DNA of 64,000 nt, taken from NCBI RefSeq assembly GCF_009914755.1, contig NC_060941.1; one strand, written 5' to 3'. The number at the start of each line of letters is the position of its first letter. Positions within the stretch are counted from its first letter, which is position 1. This DNA comes from the human T2T-CHM13v2.0 reference genome, Homo sapiens. Below are positions 26,726 to 46,023 of the stretch, in pieces. The translations under genes were made by a program, and so were the position numbers. The notes below the pieces were generated by a model that did no database searches, had not been told where the DNA came from, and was given only the letters and a program-made list of their open reading frames with translations.

Positions 26726-27451
26726 TTAGGTGTGGTTTTTTTAGCTATTTTAAACTGCTAAACAATAGCTAAATATATCCTTGTTTTTATTCCAATCTCT
26801 CTAACAGAGGTAAATTTTCAACAAAGTTGCCAGACTTTTAAAAATTACGTATTCTTTAATCCAAAGAGCCTCCATAAGAATATTCAATTTATGCAAAAAC
26901 ATAACAGCACACTTGAGAGAGTCTGTTATTATATATTCAAACCAACAGAGCAAATGTAAGAAAAACCTTGGCCCTAACCTGCAGGCACTCCATTTGTTTG
27001 GTTCACTTCCATGAGAAAGACAGGTGACCATCTATTCCATCACAAGTTCTGACTAGGGATGTCAAGGCCATTACTGTTTACTTGAATGCAAAAGCCTATG
27101 ATCTATGTTTAATCTGCAGGATAAAATAATAAACTCTAGGCAACATAATTTTAAAACTTCTCATAACCAAACCTTATCAAAAGGCCTTTATAAACTAAAT
27201 AAATTTCTAAAGAATTCCACGTTCATCTATTCTTCTACCAATCATTCAACCAATATAATCCATTAGAAAGCGTGACAGTTTTGTCATGCTTTGAGTTTTG
27301 CTCCCTTGTGACAGTTCTTCCCTTACAGAATCCTATTTTCTGAATCTTATTTCAACATTTCACCTACAGCTGCCCAAAGAATGTTATAAGAAATTACTCC
27401 ACAAAATCCATCACTGTATTTATCATTAAAAAAAAAAAAAAAAAGACTGTA

Positions 27452-29516
27452 GCTGGAAGCACTCCCCTTGAAAAGTGGCACAAGATAAGAATGCCTCCTC
27501 TCACTCCTATTCAAAATAGTATGGGGAGTCCTGGCCAGAAGAATCAGGGAGAAAAAAATAAAGGGCATTCAAATAGGAAGAAAGGAAACAAAAGTAACCC
27601 TGTTGGCAGACAACATGATTCTAGACCTGGAAAACCTCACAGTCTCAGCCCAAAAGCTCCTTCAGCTGATAAACAACTTCAGTAAAATTTCAGGATACAA
27701 AATCACTGTACAAAAATCACTAGCATCCCTATATACCAACAACAGCCAAGATGAGAGCCAAATCAGAAATGCAATCCCAGTCACATCTGCCACAAAAAGA
27801 GTAAAATAACTGGGAATACAGCTTACCAGAAAGGTTAAAGATCTCTACAATAAGAATTACAAAACACTGCTCAAAGAAATCAGAGATGATGCAAAAAAAC
27901 AGAAAAACATTCCATGCTCATGGATAGGAAGAATCAATATCCTTAAAATGGCCATACTGCCCAAAGCAATTTGGATTCAATGCTATTCTTATCAAACTAC
28001 CAATGACATTCTTCACAGAACTAGGAAAAACTATTTTTAAATTTCTATGAAATTCAAAAAGAGCCCAAATAGCCAAGGCAATCCTAAGCAAAAAGAACAA
28101 TGCTGGAGGCATCATGTTACCTGGCTTAAACAATACTATAGGACTACAGTTACCAAAACAGCATGGTACTGGTACTAAAACAGACACATAGACCAATGAA
28201 ACAGAATAGAGAGCCCAGAAATAAGGCTGCACTGCCACAACCATCTGATCTTTGACAAAGCTCACAAAAACAAGCAATGGGGAAAGGACTCCCTATTCAA
28301 TAAATGGTGCTGGTATAAGTGGCTAGTCATATGCAGATGACTGAAATCGGACCCCTTCCTTAATACATAAACATCAACTCAAGATGGATTAAAGACTGAA
28401 ATGTAAAACCCAAAACTATAAAAACCCTGGAAGACAACCTAGACAATACCACTCTGGACACAGAAATGGGCAAAAATTTCATGACGAAGATGTCAAAAGC
28501 AATCACAACAAAAGCAAAAACTGACAGATGGGATCTAATTAAACTAAAGAGCATTTGCACAGCCACAGAAATTATCAACAGACTAAACAGATAACCTACA
28601 TAATGGGAGAAAAGTTTTGCAAACTATGCTGACAAATGTCTAATATCCAGTATCTAAAAAAACTTAAATTTATATATAAAAAAAATCCTGTTAAAAAGTG
28701 GGCAAAGGACATGAAAACTTTTCAAAAGAAGACATATGTGCAGCCAACATGCATATGTAAAAAAGCTCAACATCACTGATCATTAGAGAAATGCAAATCA
28801 AAACCATAATGAGATAACATCTCACACCAGTCAGAATGGCTATTATTAAAAAGTCAAAAAATAACAGATGCTGGCGAGGTTGAGAAGGAAACATTTATAC
28901 ACTGTTGATGGAAGTGAAAATAGTTCAACCACTGTGGAAAGCAGTGGTGATTCCTCAAAGAGCTACAACTACCATCCGACCCAGCAACCCCATTACTGGT
29001 TATATACCCAGGGAATATAAATCATTCTACCATAAAGACACATATACGCAAATGTCCACTGCAGCACTATTCACAATAGCAAAGACATGGAATCAACCTA
29101 AATGCCCATCAATGACAGACTGGATAAAGAAAATGTGGTACATATACACCATGGAATACTGTGCAGCCATAAAAAAAGAATGAGATCATGTCATCTGCAG
29201 GAACATGGATGAGCTGGAGGTCATTATCCTTAGCACAGGAACAGAAAGCCAATTACTGCCTGTTCTCACCTATAAGTGGTAGCTAAATGATGAGAACTCA
29301 TGGACACAAAGAAGGGTCCAACAGACACTGGGGTCTACTTGAGGGTGGAGGCTGGCAGGAGCAACAGGAGCAGAAAAAGTAACTACTGGGTACTAGGCTT
29401 AGTATCTGAGTGACAAAATAATCTATACAGCAAACCCTTGTGACATGACTTTACCTATTTCACAAACCTGCACATGTAACCCTGAACCAAAAATAAAAGC
29501 TTAAAAAAAAAGAAAT
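27452..29516 (+). mobile_element. 5'-truncated L1 (old primate L1PA15/16- or L1PB-like), ORF2 3' half plus 3'UTR
   Basis: Decayed ORF2 peptides ([33 protein letters not shown]; AALFTIAKTWNQPKCPSMTDWIKKMWYIYTMEY) and an L1 3'UTR ending in aataaaagcttaaaaaaaa. Confidence 0.93.
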
Positions 29517-29571
29517 GAAATTACTCTTCAAAACCCAACACTGTATTTACTATTAAAAAAAGATTGTATCA

Positions 29572-29892
<321 letters not shown>

Positions 29893-30488
29893 TTAGGAGT
29901 TCGAAATAAGCCTGGACAACATACCAAGATCCCCTCTCTACGAATTTTTTTTTCTTTTAATTAGCCAGGTGTGGTGGCACATGCCTATAACCCTAGCTAC
30001 TTGGGAGGCTGGGGCAGGAGGATCGACTGAGGCCAGAAGTTTGAGGTTGCAGTGAGCCATGATCACTCCAGCCTGGGTAACAAAGCAAGACCCTGTCTCT
30101 TCATTTTTTAAAAAAAGAAAGAACTCTTGGGATAAATTTCTCAGGTAGTGCCATTGAGGAAGGAATGCTTTTCTCAAGAGATTTATATGGCTGTATAGCT
30201 TATAGATACTATATATACCATAGCTCCATATAAAATTGTCTTTTATTTAGCTACTAGGAAACAAAACTTTCAGAGTCTGCCTCTGGTAACAGTGAATGAA
30301 CTGAAAGCTTATATTTACATGTACTTCTATAATCAGCTTCAAATTCCTGAAATATTTTTCCTGAATTTTCTTTTGAAAAAAAATCCTGACATATGTTCAT
30401 GTAAGCTGTTTCAAATAAAGTGGGCATAAGCATTCAGTGGCGTAACAAACTATCACACATAGGCATCAATCGATCGGGAAATAATCTA

Positions 30489-30632
<144 letters not shown>

Positions 30633-30762
30633 TCATAAAATTTTCTATCAAACCTCAATGTAGCATTGAAATTAATTTTAAAGATCAACATTATGAGTTA
30701 AAGAAAAATCAAACAAATGACTGTTTATACTTTAGATATCTTCTAATTATAAGTAATTATCA

Positions 30763-31008
<246 letters not shown>

Positions 31009-31110
31009 TTAAAGTAACATTATTTGGGTTTTTTATTAATTTGTGATACAAGCTGCTCCAGCTATCTGGTAAAATTATTTATATTTTGAGATAAAAAGCA
31101 TGCTACTTTT

Positions 31111-31980
31111 TGGAACCAGATCTCATTAGGCAAATGTGGCAATCAAGTACATCTCTGTAACCTACCACTCTCAGTACCAAGAGTGGGGTTCTCAGGAGCC
31201 AGGCAGGGCCAGCACACGGTGGCGTGTCGGGGGAGGTGGGCTGAGGGCAAGGAAGGAGGTGTCCCATGGATCATGCTGTATAAGCAAACCAGACTATCCT
31301 GATGCCCAGAGTGACATCATCAAGGTCAGAGGCTGGCCAGAGGTGGGGAGACTGGAAGGACTTCGGAGTAGTGCGAAGGGGCCCTGGACACCAGCCATGG
31401 AGCTGCTGCACAGAGCCTGGCTTCCACATCAAGGTGGGGTTTGGAGGCCAGGATGAGCCCCTGCAGCGGCAGCACTCTGGCCCTTCTGTCCCTGCCAGCC
31501 TCTGACCTGGGTCAGTCAATCATTGCTGGATTTTAGCCAAACACTTTAGTGTTCTCATTTAGTTGGAAATTAGACAGTCTTTTTTGTAAGGTCAGCTGAG
31601 CATGAGCATATTTCCCCTCCATTGTAAAAAGCTCTTCTGTGTTTTTATACGTTTCTCCTCCATTGTAAAAAGTTCTTCTGTGTTTTTGTTTTAAAGGTAG
31701 ATGGAGGGAGGGCAGAGATATAAACTGTTGCATGAATCGATGGGTCAGAACTTTAGTATATGCGTATGTTCTTCTGAGTAACAGGGCGTTTTGCTGAAAA
31801 TAAGCACCTTGGTAACTAAACCCCTTTTAATAGCTAAAACGCTTTAGTTCTGTATTGACAGTTACTGTAAAAGCTTGGGTTTATTTTTGTAGGACTTAAG
31901 GGCTAAGAATTAGAACACAGCAATGGGCTGCTCTGTTGGAGTAATTTTAATTATAGATAAACACATAAACCTTTAAAAAT
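31111..31980 (+). pseudogene. Processed retrocopy (probable mRNA 3' end/3'UTR), parent unidentified
   Basis: A GC-richer non-Alu/L1 block inside an AT-rich intron. Bracketed by a 17-bp TSD aaaagca(t/c)gctactttt (31094-31110, 31981-31997) and ending in a degenerate poly(A) signal with an A-rich remnant. Confidence 0.75.
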
Positions 31981-32339
31981 AAAAGCACGCTACTTTTAAA
32001 TACAGAAAGCAAAATATCTAAAACAGGGAATGCAAACTGGATGGCAGTGTATCAATGCTGATTTTCTGACTAAGAGGATCGAGTAATAGTTGTATAGGAG
32101 AGTGTCCTTAATTCTGGGAAACACACTGAGTACACAGGAGTGATGGGACATCATGTCTGTAGGTTGTTCTCAAATGGTTCAGAAAAAGACCAATGATAAT
32201 GAATGTACATCATACAGACAGGGTGATGGAGTAAATAATAACAGTTTGGAAATATGGCTAAGGAAATTACTTGTACTACACTTGTAAATTCTCAAGAAGT
32301 TTGAAACTATTTCAAAATAAATTATTTCTTAAGTACTTA

Positions 32340-32639
<300 letters not shown>

Positions 32640-33106
32640 TTAGTTTCACTCAAAAGTACTATAATGGAAAAGTAGGTATCACATTTATACAAATAAAAAT
32701 ACATTTTTATAAATATAAGCTTCTTTGGCATAAGTTTTTCTTTTCTTTTTTTTTTTTCTCTTTTTTAGAAGAAACCACAATAAACCACAATAAGCTGTCA
32801 GTGGTGGTTATCTTTGCTGAGAGAGATTTGGAAAAAGGCAGCTTTCCTTTTTTTAGATTTCTAGAAATGTGTTTTTTAAATCTTTATGTGCACTTCTGAC
32901 CAACTTAATGTGTATTACTTTTTCAATTTTATTGTTTAAGTTTAACAAAGGTAATCTGGACACTAGAATTATGAACCATTTTCTACTTACTTTTCTATAT
33001 GCCTCTATTTTAAAAGCCTAAAAAATGTGTGTTTTTTCTGTTTCTGTCACAACTGCTCTAGTAGTAATGGGTTTATTTAAAGTGAGCACTGGTAATCTTT
33101 TTCTTA

Positions 33107-33494
<388 letters not shown>

Positions 33495-33504
33495 TTAAAT
33501 ACAA

Positions 33505-34690
<1,186 letters not shown>

Positions 34691-34712
34691 ACAATCATGC
34701 ATTTTCCCCTTA

Positions 34713-35069
<357 letters not shown>

Positions 35070-35135
35070 TCAACTTATTATACTTCGTTACTGTGAAGAT
35101 AAAGTATGACACTGAGTTTATTATATAAACTGTTA

Positions 35136-35510
<375 letters not shown>

Positions 35511-35729
35511 TCAATTTACTTTGACTCCCACTAAGAAAAAGCATTCTAAGAAAAAGCAATCTGAGGAAAAACAATATAGATATATAAATCTAAATATTTA
35601 TAATGTACTGCCATGTAAACTTTAAAAAGCAAATATTAGGTTTAAAGTTAAAATAAGAACACACTGCCAAGCCTTAGAGGCAATTCAGCAATCTTATAAA
35701 ATATTTCTTCTAGAATTCAACTTTTTTCA

Positions 35730-36164
<435 letters not shown>

Positions 36165-36372
36165 CTATCTAAAAGAACACTTTAAACTACTTCACCATTC
36201 ACGGTCAAGAATTTTTTGGTAATACCTGTATTTAAAAATTTATTTCACTGACTTAACACTGTAATGGGGAAGGAAAAAGTAAATGACATCAAAATCATCA
36301 TTAGGCTAAAGATCAGGGGGAATTCCATCAATCCCCAAATGTAAAATTATGAAGTCAAATAAGGATCTTTCA

Positions 36373-36576
<204 letters not shown>

Positions 36577-37780
36577 TTATCTTAGTGATGACTAGTGGCC
36601 AAAAATGTTAACTTGCTTTTCTTTATTAGGAAGTATGCAAAAATGCATACCCTATTTTGCCCAAAAATTCTACTTCATCAGAAGAAAAAAAATCATGGAT
36701 ATGAGCAAAGACTTAGCTATAAGAAATGTTCTTTACAACACTGTTTATAGTAGGAAAGGCTGCAAATACAGGAACCAGTTAAACGAGTTAGGTACATTCA
36801 CACATAGAATTATTATATAGCCACAAAAATAAGTTAAAATAGAAGAGTAGGTTTATTGGAAAGGGATAGGCTACCAAAATAGTAGGGTCAATTTTTTTTT
36901 TCTTTTTCTTTTTTAAAGAAAGAGAGAGGGTCTCAGTATGTTGCCCAGGGTGGCTTGTAACTCCTGGGCTCAAGGGATCCTCTGACCTCAGCCTCCAAAG
37001 CAGCTGGGACTACAGATGTGGGCCACTGTACCCAGCTCTTTTTTTTTTTTTTAAAGAAAAAAAAAGTTTTATTTGGATAAAGAAAATAAAGGCGGACAAC
37101 AGAATTAACAGTGACTTAATTTTTATTTTTGCCTATTTTCCCCTCTATATAAGAAACTATAAATGTTTTCTCACTTTATTAATTAATTGGACTAATCATT
37201 TAATGCAATCCCCTCCCAACCAATAACATTATTTTAAAGCAATAATGGGTCTTACAGTTGAAGGCATCCTAGAATCAAGAATATATGCAAAACAGTACAC
37301 CTTAATGAAATTCAGGTATGGCTGGGTATACAGGTTGGAAAATAAAAGTTCCCAAGGACATCAGAGGTATCTTCAAGATACAATTTAGAAGGGTCAAGTT
37401 GCGCAGAGGAGGATAAGAGTGTACACTAAGAAAATAAACTCTTTTTATTCCTTCTCCACACATTTATCTTAAGAATTCATCCTTAAAAGTTTTTTAAACT
37501 ATGATATTAATCAACTCAGAACCTGTTTTATATATGTATAAGCCCTCTTGAATTTCTTCTGGATAAGCAGAACATAGTGAATTAAAATTAAATTATAGTA
37601 AAAGTAATGCTAGAGTTAACAGAAGTGGGAAAATAGATGGTAGAAAAGAGGCAAAAAGCAATACAGAGCTAAGAATTTCTGTATCTTATACATATGGAGT
37701 CAATACAAAATGTCTAAACTTGATAGAACAAGAAATAGAAATTTAAGCATGTTATTCAAGTTACAAATGTAACTGACAGA

Positions 37781-37890
37781 GGCTAGTCTGAAGGTAGTGA
37801 GTTACCTCAGTTGACTGTTCAGTTAGTTGCAGATCAAACTCCTTGTTCTACTCTTTCCCCTCTTTCCACTACTGCATATGTGACTAGTCT
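37781..37890 (+). pseudogene. Y1 RNA (RNY1-derived) pseudogene
   Basis: GGCTAGTCTGAAGGTAGTGAGTTACCTCAGTTGACTGTTC…CTCCTTGTTCTACTCTTTCCCC…GACTAGTCT closely follows hY1 end to end and is followed by A6. Confidence 0.93.
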
Positions 37891-37998
37891 AAAAAATGCT
37901 TTTAATCGAAATAAATTTTTTTTAGGCCAGGCACAGTGGCTCACATCTGTAATCCCAGCACTTGGAAGGCAGGCAGATCACTTAAGGCCAAGAGTTCA

Positions 37999-38166
<168 letters not shown>

Positions 38167-38314
38167 TTACAGCATGGGCGACAGAGTAAGACTGTCTCAA
38201 AAAACATATAAGTAAATAAAAATAAAATAAAATAAAAATTAATGTAACTGACAGAAAAACTAAAAATAATATAACTAAAACAAAAAACAAACAAAAACCT
38301 TATCATTCTTGTTA

Positions 38315-38815
<501 letters not shown>

Positions 38816-38902
38816 TCACTTGAACCCAGGGAGGCAGAGATTGCAGTGGGTTGAGATCTTGCCACTGCACTTCAGCCTGGGCAACAGAGTGAGACTTCAT
38901 CT

Positions 38903-38935
<33 letters not shown>

Positions 38936-40515
38936 CACAGCGGCTAGGAGACCTGAATTTTATAACCTTTTATCTACTGTTCCTTTAATCAGTGGAGTAT
39001 AGTTCTTAAAAACACAGTTTTCAACTGTTTCATTTCATACATGAAATATTAAATAAGAGAATTTAAAAACAGCCAGTCATGCCTGTTATCTCAGCACTTG
39101 GGAGGCTGAGGCAAGAGGAGTTGGGCTTGAGCCCAGGGGTTTGGGACCAGCCTAGGCAGCATAAGACCCCATCTCCACAAAAAAATTAAAAATTAGCTAG
39201 GTGGGGTGTGGTGCATGCCTGTGGTCCCAGCTACTCGAGAGGCTGAGGCTGAGGTAGAAGGAACATCTGAGCCTGAGAGGTTGAGGGTGCAGTGAGCTAT
39301 GATGACACCACTGCCCTCCAGTCTCCAAACAAAAAAAGATATTTAAAATGGATTTTTCTCATGACAAAGCATTTTAAAATAATTTTAAAAATTATTTTAA
39401 AAACATTTTAAAAGATTTTAAAAATTATTTTAAAAGCATTTTTAACATTTTAAAAATCTATTTTCCTGAAAATATTATAATATGGGAAATGTTTAAATAT
39501 ACATTAATTTGACCTATCTTAAATATTATTTAGGAAAATAAGTTTACTCTAGTATGTATAAAATCATAAAAGTCATCTTTCAAGTTCCCTAACAGTCTTT
39601 CCAATGAGCACTTACCCACTTCATTTTTTAATTTTATGGTTTAGAGACAGGTTCTCACTGGAGTGCAGTGATACAATCGTAGCTTGCTGCAGCCTCAAAC
39701 TACTGGACTCAAGAAATCCTCCCATCTCACCCTCTTGAGTAGCTGGGACTACAGGTGTGCGCTACCACACCCAGCTAATTTTTTTTTTCCCCCTAGGGAT
39801 GGCAGGGGCGGGGGGGCTCACTATGTTGCCCAGGCTGGCCTCAAACTCTTGGCCTCAAGCAATCCCTCCACCTTGGCCTCCCAAAGTGCTGAGATTACAA
39901 GCATAAGCTAACCTCATCTGGCCCCATTTTATCTGTTAAATAAGAAAATAAAATTTGGCTTCTTGATATAAAGGGATAAATTGGTCTCCAAGGAGTCTTT
40001 GTAGCAATCCAGTATTCCAAAGTACAAAACATGTAACCAATGGTCTCAGCTCCCACTGTTTATCTGCCACTACCCTATTTACTAACAACACTCAATCCCA
40101 GCAGTCTATGATCAAAGAATCACTACCTCCTATACTGCTAGCATGTAATCCCAATATACAATAGTCTGATCTTATTGTAACATTCAGTGGTTTAAAATAA
40201 ACCAAGTTTGTATGTGATACTGGAGGGAAACAATATTCTAAATATGTGATACAAGTTTCTTGCTCTGTTGCCCAAGATGGAGTGCAGTGGTGCGACCTTG
40301 GCTCACTGCAGCCTCCACTTCCCAGGTTAAAGCGATTCTTCTTCCTCTGCCTCCTGAGTAGCTGGGATTACAGGCACCCATGACCATGCCCAGCTAATTT
40401 TTGTATTTTTAGTAGAGACAGGGTTTTACCATGTTGGCCAGGCTGGTCTCAAACTCCTGACCTCAAGTGATCTGCCTACCTCGGCCTCCCAAAGTGCTAT
40501 AAATTACAGGCATGA

Positions 40516-40772
<257 letters not shown>

Positions 40773-40851
40773 TAACCTCAGGTGATCCGCCCACCTTGGC
40801 ATCCCAAAGTGCTGGAATTACAGGCGTGAGCCACTGTGCCGGCCTGAAATT

Positions 40852-41016
40852 TTTTTTAAGAGATGGCAGTCTCCCTATGTTACCCAGGATGGAGTGCAGT
40901 GGCTATTCACAGGCACAGTCGCGGAGCACTACAGCCTCAAACTCCCAACCTCAAGTGATCCTCCTGCCGCAGCCTCTTAAGTAGCTTGAACTACAGGTGT
41001 GCACCACCACACCCAA
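40852..41016 (-). mobile_element. FAM-type fossil Alu monomer
   Basis: Contains gtggctattcacaggc…gcactacagcctc, the 7SL-like junction characteristic of FAM rather than dimeric Alu. Confidence 0.75.
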
Positions 41017-41639
41017 ATCTCCGAAATCCTTATATTAAAGGCAATATTCTAGTCAGAGAATATTATAAAACAATTAGAAAATACTAACATAGTAAATTCA
41101 GACTTGCTTTTTTTCCAAGGAGAAATGTTATTTGTATCATCCCATCAAACATTTTTGGTATTTAACACTCAGAAAAGTGAGTTAAAACAAAAACATGTCA
41201 CCACAATAACAATTCGAAGTATTATTAGTTACTATAAAGGATTGCAGAGAATACTGTTGCTCTCCATGAGCTCACACTACAATATCTAAAACAAAAAGTT
41301 ATGAATGAGGCAGAATTTTATAAATGAAACTTGAACAATCTTCCATCGTGGAAAAAAAAGTTCCTCAAATTAAGTACTGAAATTAATCAAAAGATTATTT
41401 CTAAAACAGAAAATGAAGACGTGCTTATAGATTAAAGCTGGCTGCTCTAACAGCAACAATTCCATATGTATGCTAGATTAGGCAGTGCCACATCAAACCT
41501 ATTTCTAGCATTTGTATTAAGCAGCTACAGAAAAATGATATCCCATTTGCCAGTAGAGAATCCGAGGCACAAAGAGGTTAAATGGCTTGTGTTAAAATCA
41601 TAATACTAGTAAAGAGAATGCTGACTTCAAACTCTAAAC

Positions 41640-42505
41640 ACCCTATCAACCAATTAAAAAAATGGGCAAAAGACTTCAAAAGTCGTTTCTCCAAAAATGA
41701 TATAAAAATGGCCGATAAACACATAACATGCTCAACACATCACTAATCATTAGGGAAATGCAAACCAAAAACACAGTAAGATACCACCTCACACCCATAA
41801 AAATAGCTTTAAAAAAAACAGGAAATAACAAGTGTTGATGAGGATGTGGAGAAAATGGCACTCCTCTGCATTGCCTTTGGGAATGTAAAATAGTGCAGCC
41901 ACCATGGAAAGCAGTATGGAAATTCCTCCAAAAATTGTACTTCAAATTACCATATGATCCAGCAATTCCACTTCTGGGTAGACACCCAAAGGAACTTAAA
42001 GCAGGGACTTGATGAGAGATATGCAGACCAATGTTCATAGCAGCATTATTCACAATAGCCAAAAGGTGAAAACAACCCAAATACCATTTACAGATTAATA
42101 CATAAACAAAATGTAGTATATACATACAACGGAATACTATTCAGCCTTAAAAATAAGGGGAATTCTATCACATGCTTCATAAATGAATCTTGAAGATTTT
42201 ATGCTTACTGAAATAACCCAGACAAAAAAGGACAAATACTACATGATTCCACTCATATGAGGTACCTGCAATAGTCAAGTTTCTAGACAGACAAAGTAGA
42301 ATGGTGGTTATCTGAAGCAGAAGAAAAGAAAAGAAAAATTGAAGAGCTGCCACTCTTTTATGAGTACACATTCAGTTTGGGATGATGAAAAAGTTCTGCA
42401 GATAGATAGTGGTGATGGTTAACAATGTGAATGTACTTAATGCCACTGAACTGTACACTGAAAAATTATTAAGTTTTGTTACGTACATTTTACCACAATA
42501 AAAAG
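41640..42505 (+). mobile_element. L1MA/L1MB-type 3' fragment
   Basis: aaaaatgggcaaaagac…cactaatcattagggaaatgcaaaccaaaa…gatccagcaattccacttctggg…ttttaccacaataaaaa. Confidence 0.88.
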
Positions 42506-42692
42506 AAACTGTAGTCATCTTTTTTTTTTTCCTTTGAGACAGGGCCTTGCTCTGTCACTCAGGCTGGAGTGCAGTGGCATGATCAGAATTCACTGCAGCT
42601 TCCACCTCCTGAGCTCAAGCGATTTTCCTGCCTCAGCCAACGAAGTTAGGTGGGACTACAGGTGTGAGCCACTATGTCCAGATAATTTTTAG

Positions 42693-42938
<246 letters not shown>

Positions 42939-43285
42939 TAAGACACAGGCATCAATAATTTTTTGTAAGCTCTCCAGGTGATTCCCACATCCAGACAAGT
43001 TTGGGAATCATTAATCTGTATTTCTACAGCCTTCAGAGTAACTTTTAAATTTTTAAATTTACAGGTATAATACCAGTATCAGGTATTATTAACATAGCTC
43101 CATGAACAAAAGATCTATACTAAAATCCAGAAGTTAACATCTTACCTGTGAATCCTGTACATATTTCTGCTCACTCAGTGAACATATTACTTACATTATA
43201 CAGTAAATAATACTTAGAAAGTGGCCAGGCACGGGGGCTGATGCCTGTAATCCCAACACTTTGGGAGGCCAAGGCGGGTGGATCA

Positions 43286-43597
<312 letters not shown>

Positions 43598-44564
43598 TTA
43601 TTGTTGTTTTTAAGTATTATGGTTTTTACTATTTCCTGTAACTTAAAAAAAATACATGTGTAGGAGACATATCGGTCTATAGGGGTCCATAATCTACCTC
43701 ATATTTTTCATGCCTAAAATGCAGCTCCAACACTTGATAGCTGTATGAGCTTGGACAGATTTGTAAGAGTCTACAGTAAGAATTATAGAAAGAAATTACG
43801 GTAAGAAAGGCTGGGCATGGTGGCTCACACCTGTAATCCCAGTACTTTGAGAGGCTGAGGCTGGAGGATCACTTGAGGCTAGGAGTTAGAGACCAGCCTG
43901 GTCAACATGGCCAGCAGAGAAACCCCATCTCTACCTAAATTACAAAACTTAGTCAGGTGTGGTGGTGTACTCCTAAGTCCTGAGTATTTGGGAGGCTGAG
44001 GCAGGAGAATTGTTTGCGCCCAGGAGGCAGAGGTTGGAGTGAGTCAAGATTACACCACTGTACTCTGGCCTAGGAGACAAAGCAAGACCCTGTCTCCAAA
44101 AAAAAAAAAAAAAAAAAAAAAAAAAGAAAGAAAGAAAGAAAGAAAAATTATTGTAAGAAAACCTCAACAAGGAGGAAAAATAGGAGAAGTCTTAGCATTT
44201 TTCTCATAAACGTTCTAGAAAGCATGAAAATGTAGAAAATTGACCATGCAAATTCTAGTGACATCATCATTTAAGATTTCAGAAATGATACATAATAATC
44301 TTGATGACAGACATTAAGGACAAAACATTATAGACAGGCTACAGGGAAAACAATAAAAAGGCACATCCAGTCTGCTGAAGTAACTACACCTAATTTAGCA
44401 GAGAGTTCATACCCTGACTGATACAAGGTACGGGATTCTTCTTGCCTTTGAGATTCTAAAGCATACTCACAATTTAGCATACAATTCCAGAAGGGTTCAC
44501 TGACCACCAGAGAAGGTACCTTTCACTAATAAACACTACCAAGTTCAACTGGGCTTAAACCCCT

Positions 44565-44886
44565 AGAACTGTGTTGTAAATACAATAGCCAATACACACA
44601 TATAACTATTGGTGACTTAAAATGTGGCCAATCCAAACTGAGATATACTCTAAGCACAGCACACACACCTAATTTCAAAAGCAGTACAAAAAGTAAACTA
44701 TTTCATTAAAACCTTCTGCATAGTTAATTATATGCTGACATGATATTATTTTGGACTTACTGAATTAAAAAATATATTACAATTAATTTTGCCTATACAT
44801 TTAGTTTTTTTTTAGCTTTTTAAATGTGCCTAGTAGAAAATTTTAAATTACCTATGTGGCTCACATTATACTTCTACTGGACAGTA
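44565..44886. mobile_element. MER33-type hAT element
   Basis: aatgtggccaatccaaactgagat…ttttaaattacctatgtggctcacattatacttctactggacag. Confidence 0.75.
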
Positions 44887-45600
44887 CATTAGATGACAGG
44901 AAGAGAGGAAATGAGTCCATAAAAAACCTAACAGCAATAGCTCCTAGCTTCTCTAGAAATTTGCCTTTTCGGAGACAGTGAGAAACCTAACCAAAGGACA
45001 TCCTAACGCTACTAATGGTTAATAATACATTTTCAGGGGAGACTTACATCTCATGGTGCCTATTTTTAATCAGTTTTGGAGAGCACGAGATAATGTAAAA
45101 GCCATACATATGGCAGAAAATAAACACAGCTTTATGGGTGAAATTTAAAGCATATTCTTTCATTTACTTCCTTAAAAAAAAAAAATCGATGAATTTCTTT
45201 ATTGAAGCACCAAAAGTACTGTTTTAATTATAAATATAAAGGTTCTTGTGTAAGCAATACCACCCAAAAAAATAACTTTCTGCAATGATGAAAATGTTCT
45301 ACATCTACACTGCCCAATACAATGGCCATTAACAACAGCCATCCTTTCCTTCCTGTGAACTTTTACTGCTTTATCCCACAAAATCAAAAATTTATCACTC
45401 TCTATGGACTAAGTTTTTTACTACTAATTCCAGGGCTCTAATTATTCTAATACAAAGGCTTAGAACATATTGAACCAAATATTTAATCCTATTTTCTTTA
45501 TGTTATATCCAGCAAGGATTTATTATATCCTATATGTACATGTCTATATGTATACACATAATGTAATATAGACATACAAACACACATATATAACATGTAA

Positions 45601-46023
<423 letters not shown>

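Noticed and set aside
27603-29183. RT/ORF2-like peptides
   Set aside because: These are fragments of a 5'-truncated L1 with stops and frameshifts, not an intact retroelement or domesticated gene.
31136-31519. ORFs inside the retrocopy as a new gene
   Set aside because: No promoter or recognisable protein, and some start at non-ATG codons. Treated as pseudogene/UTR sequence until the parent is identified.
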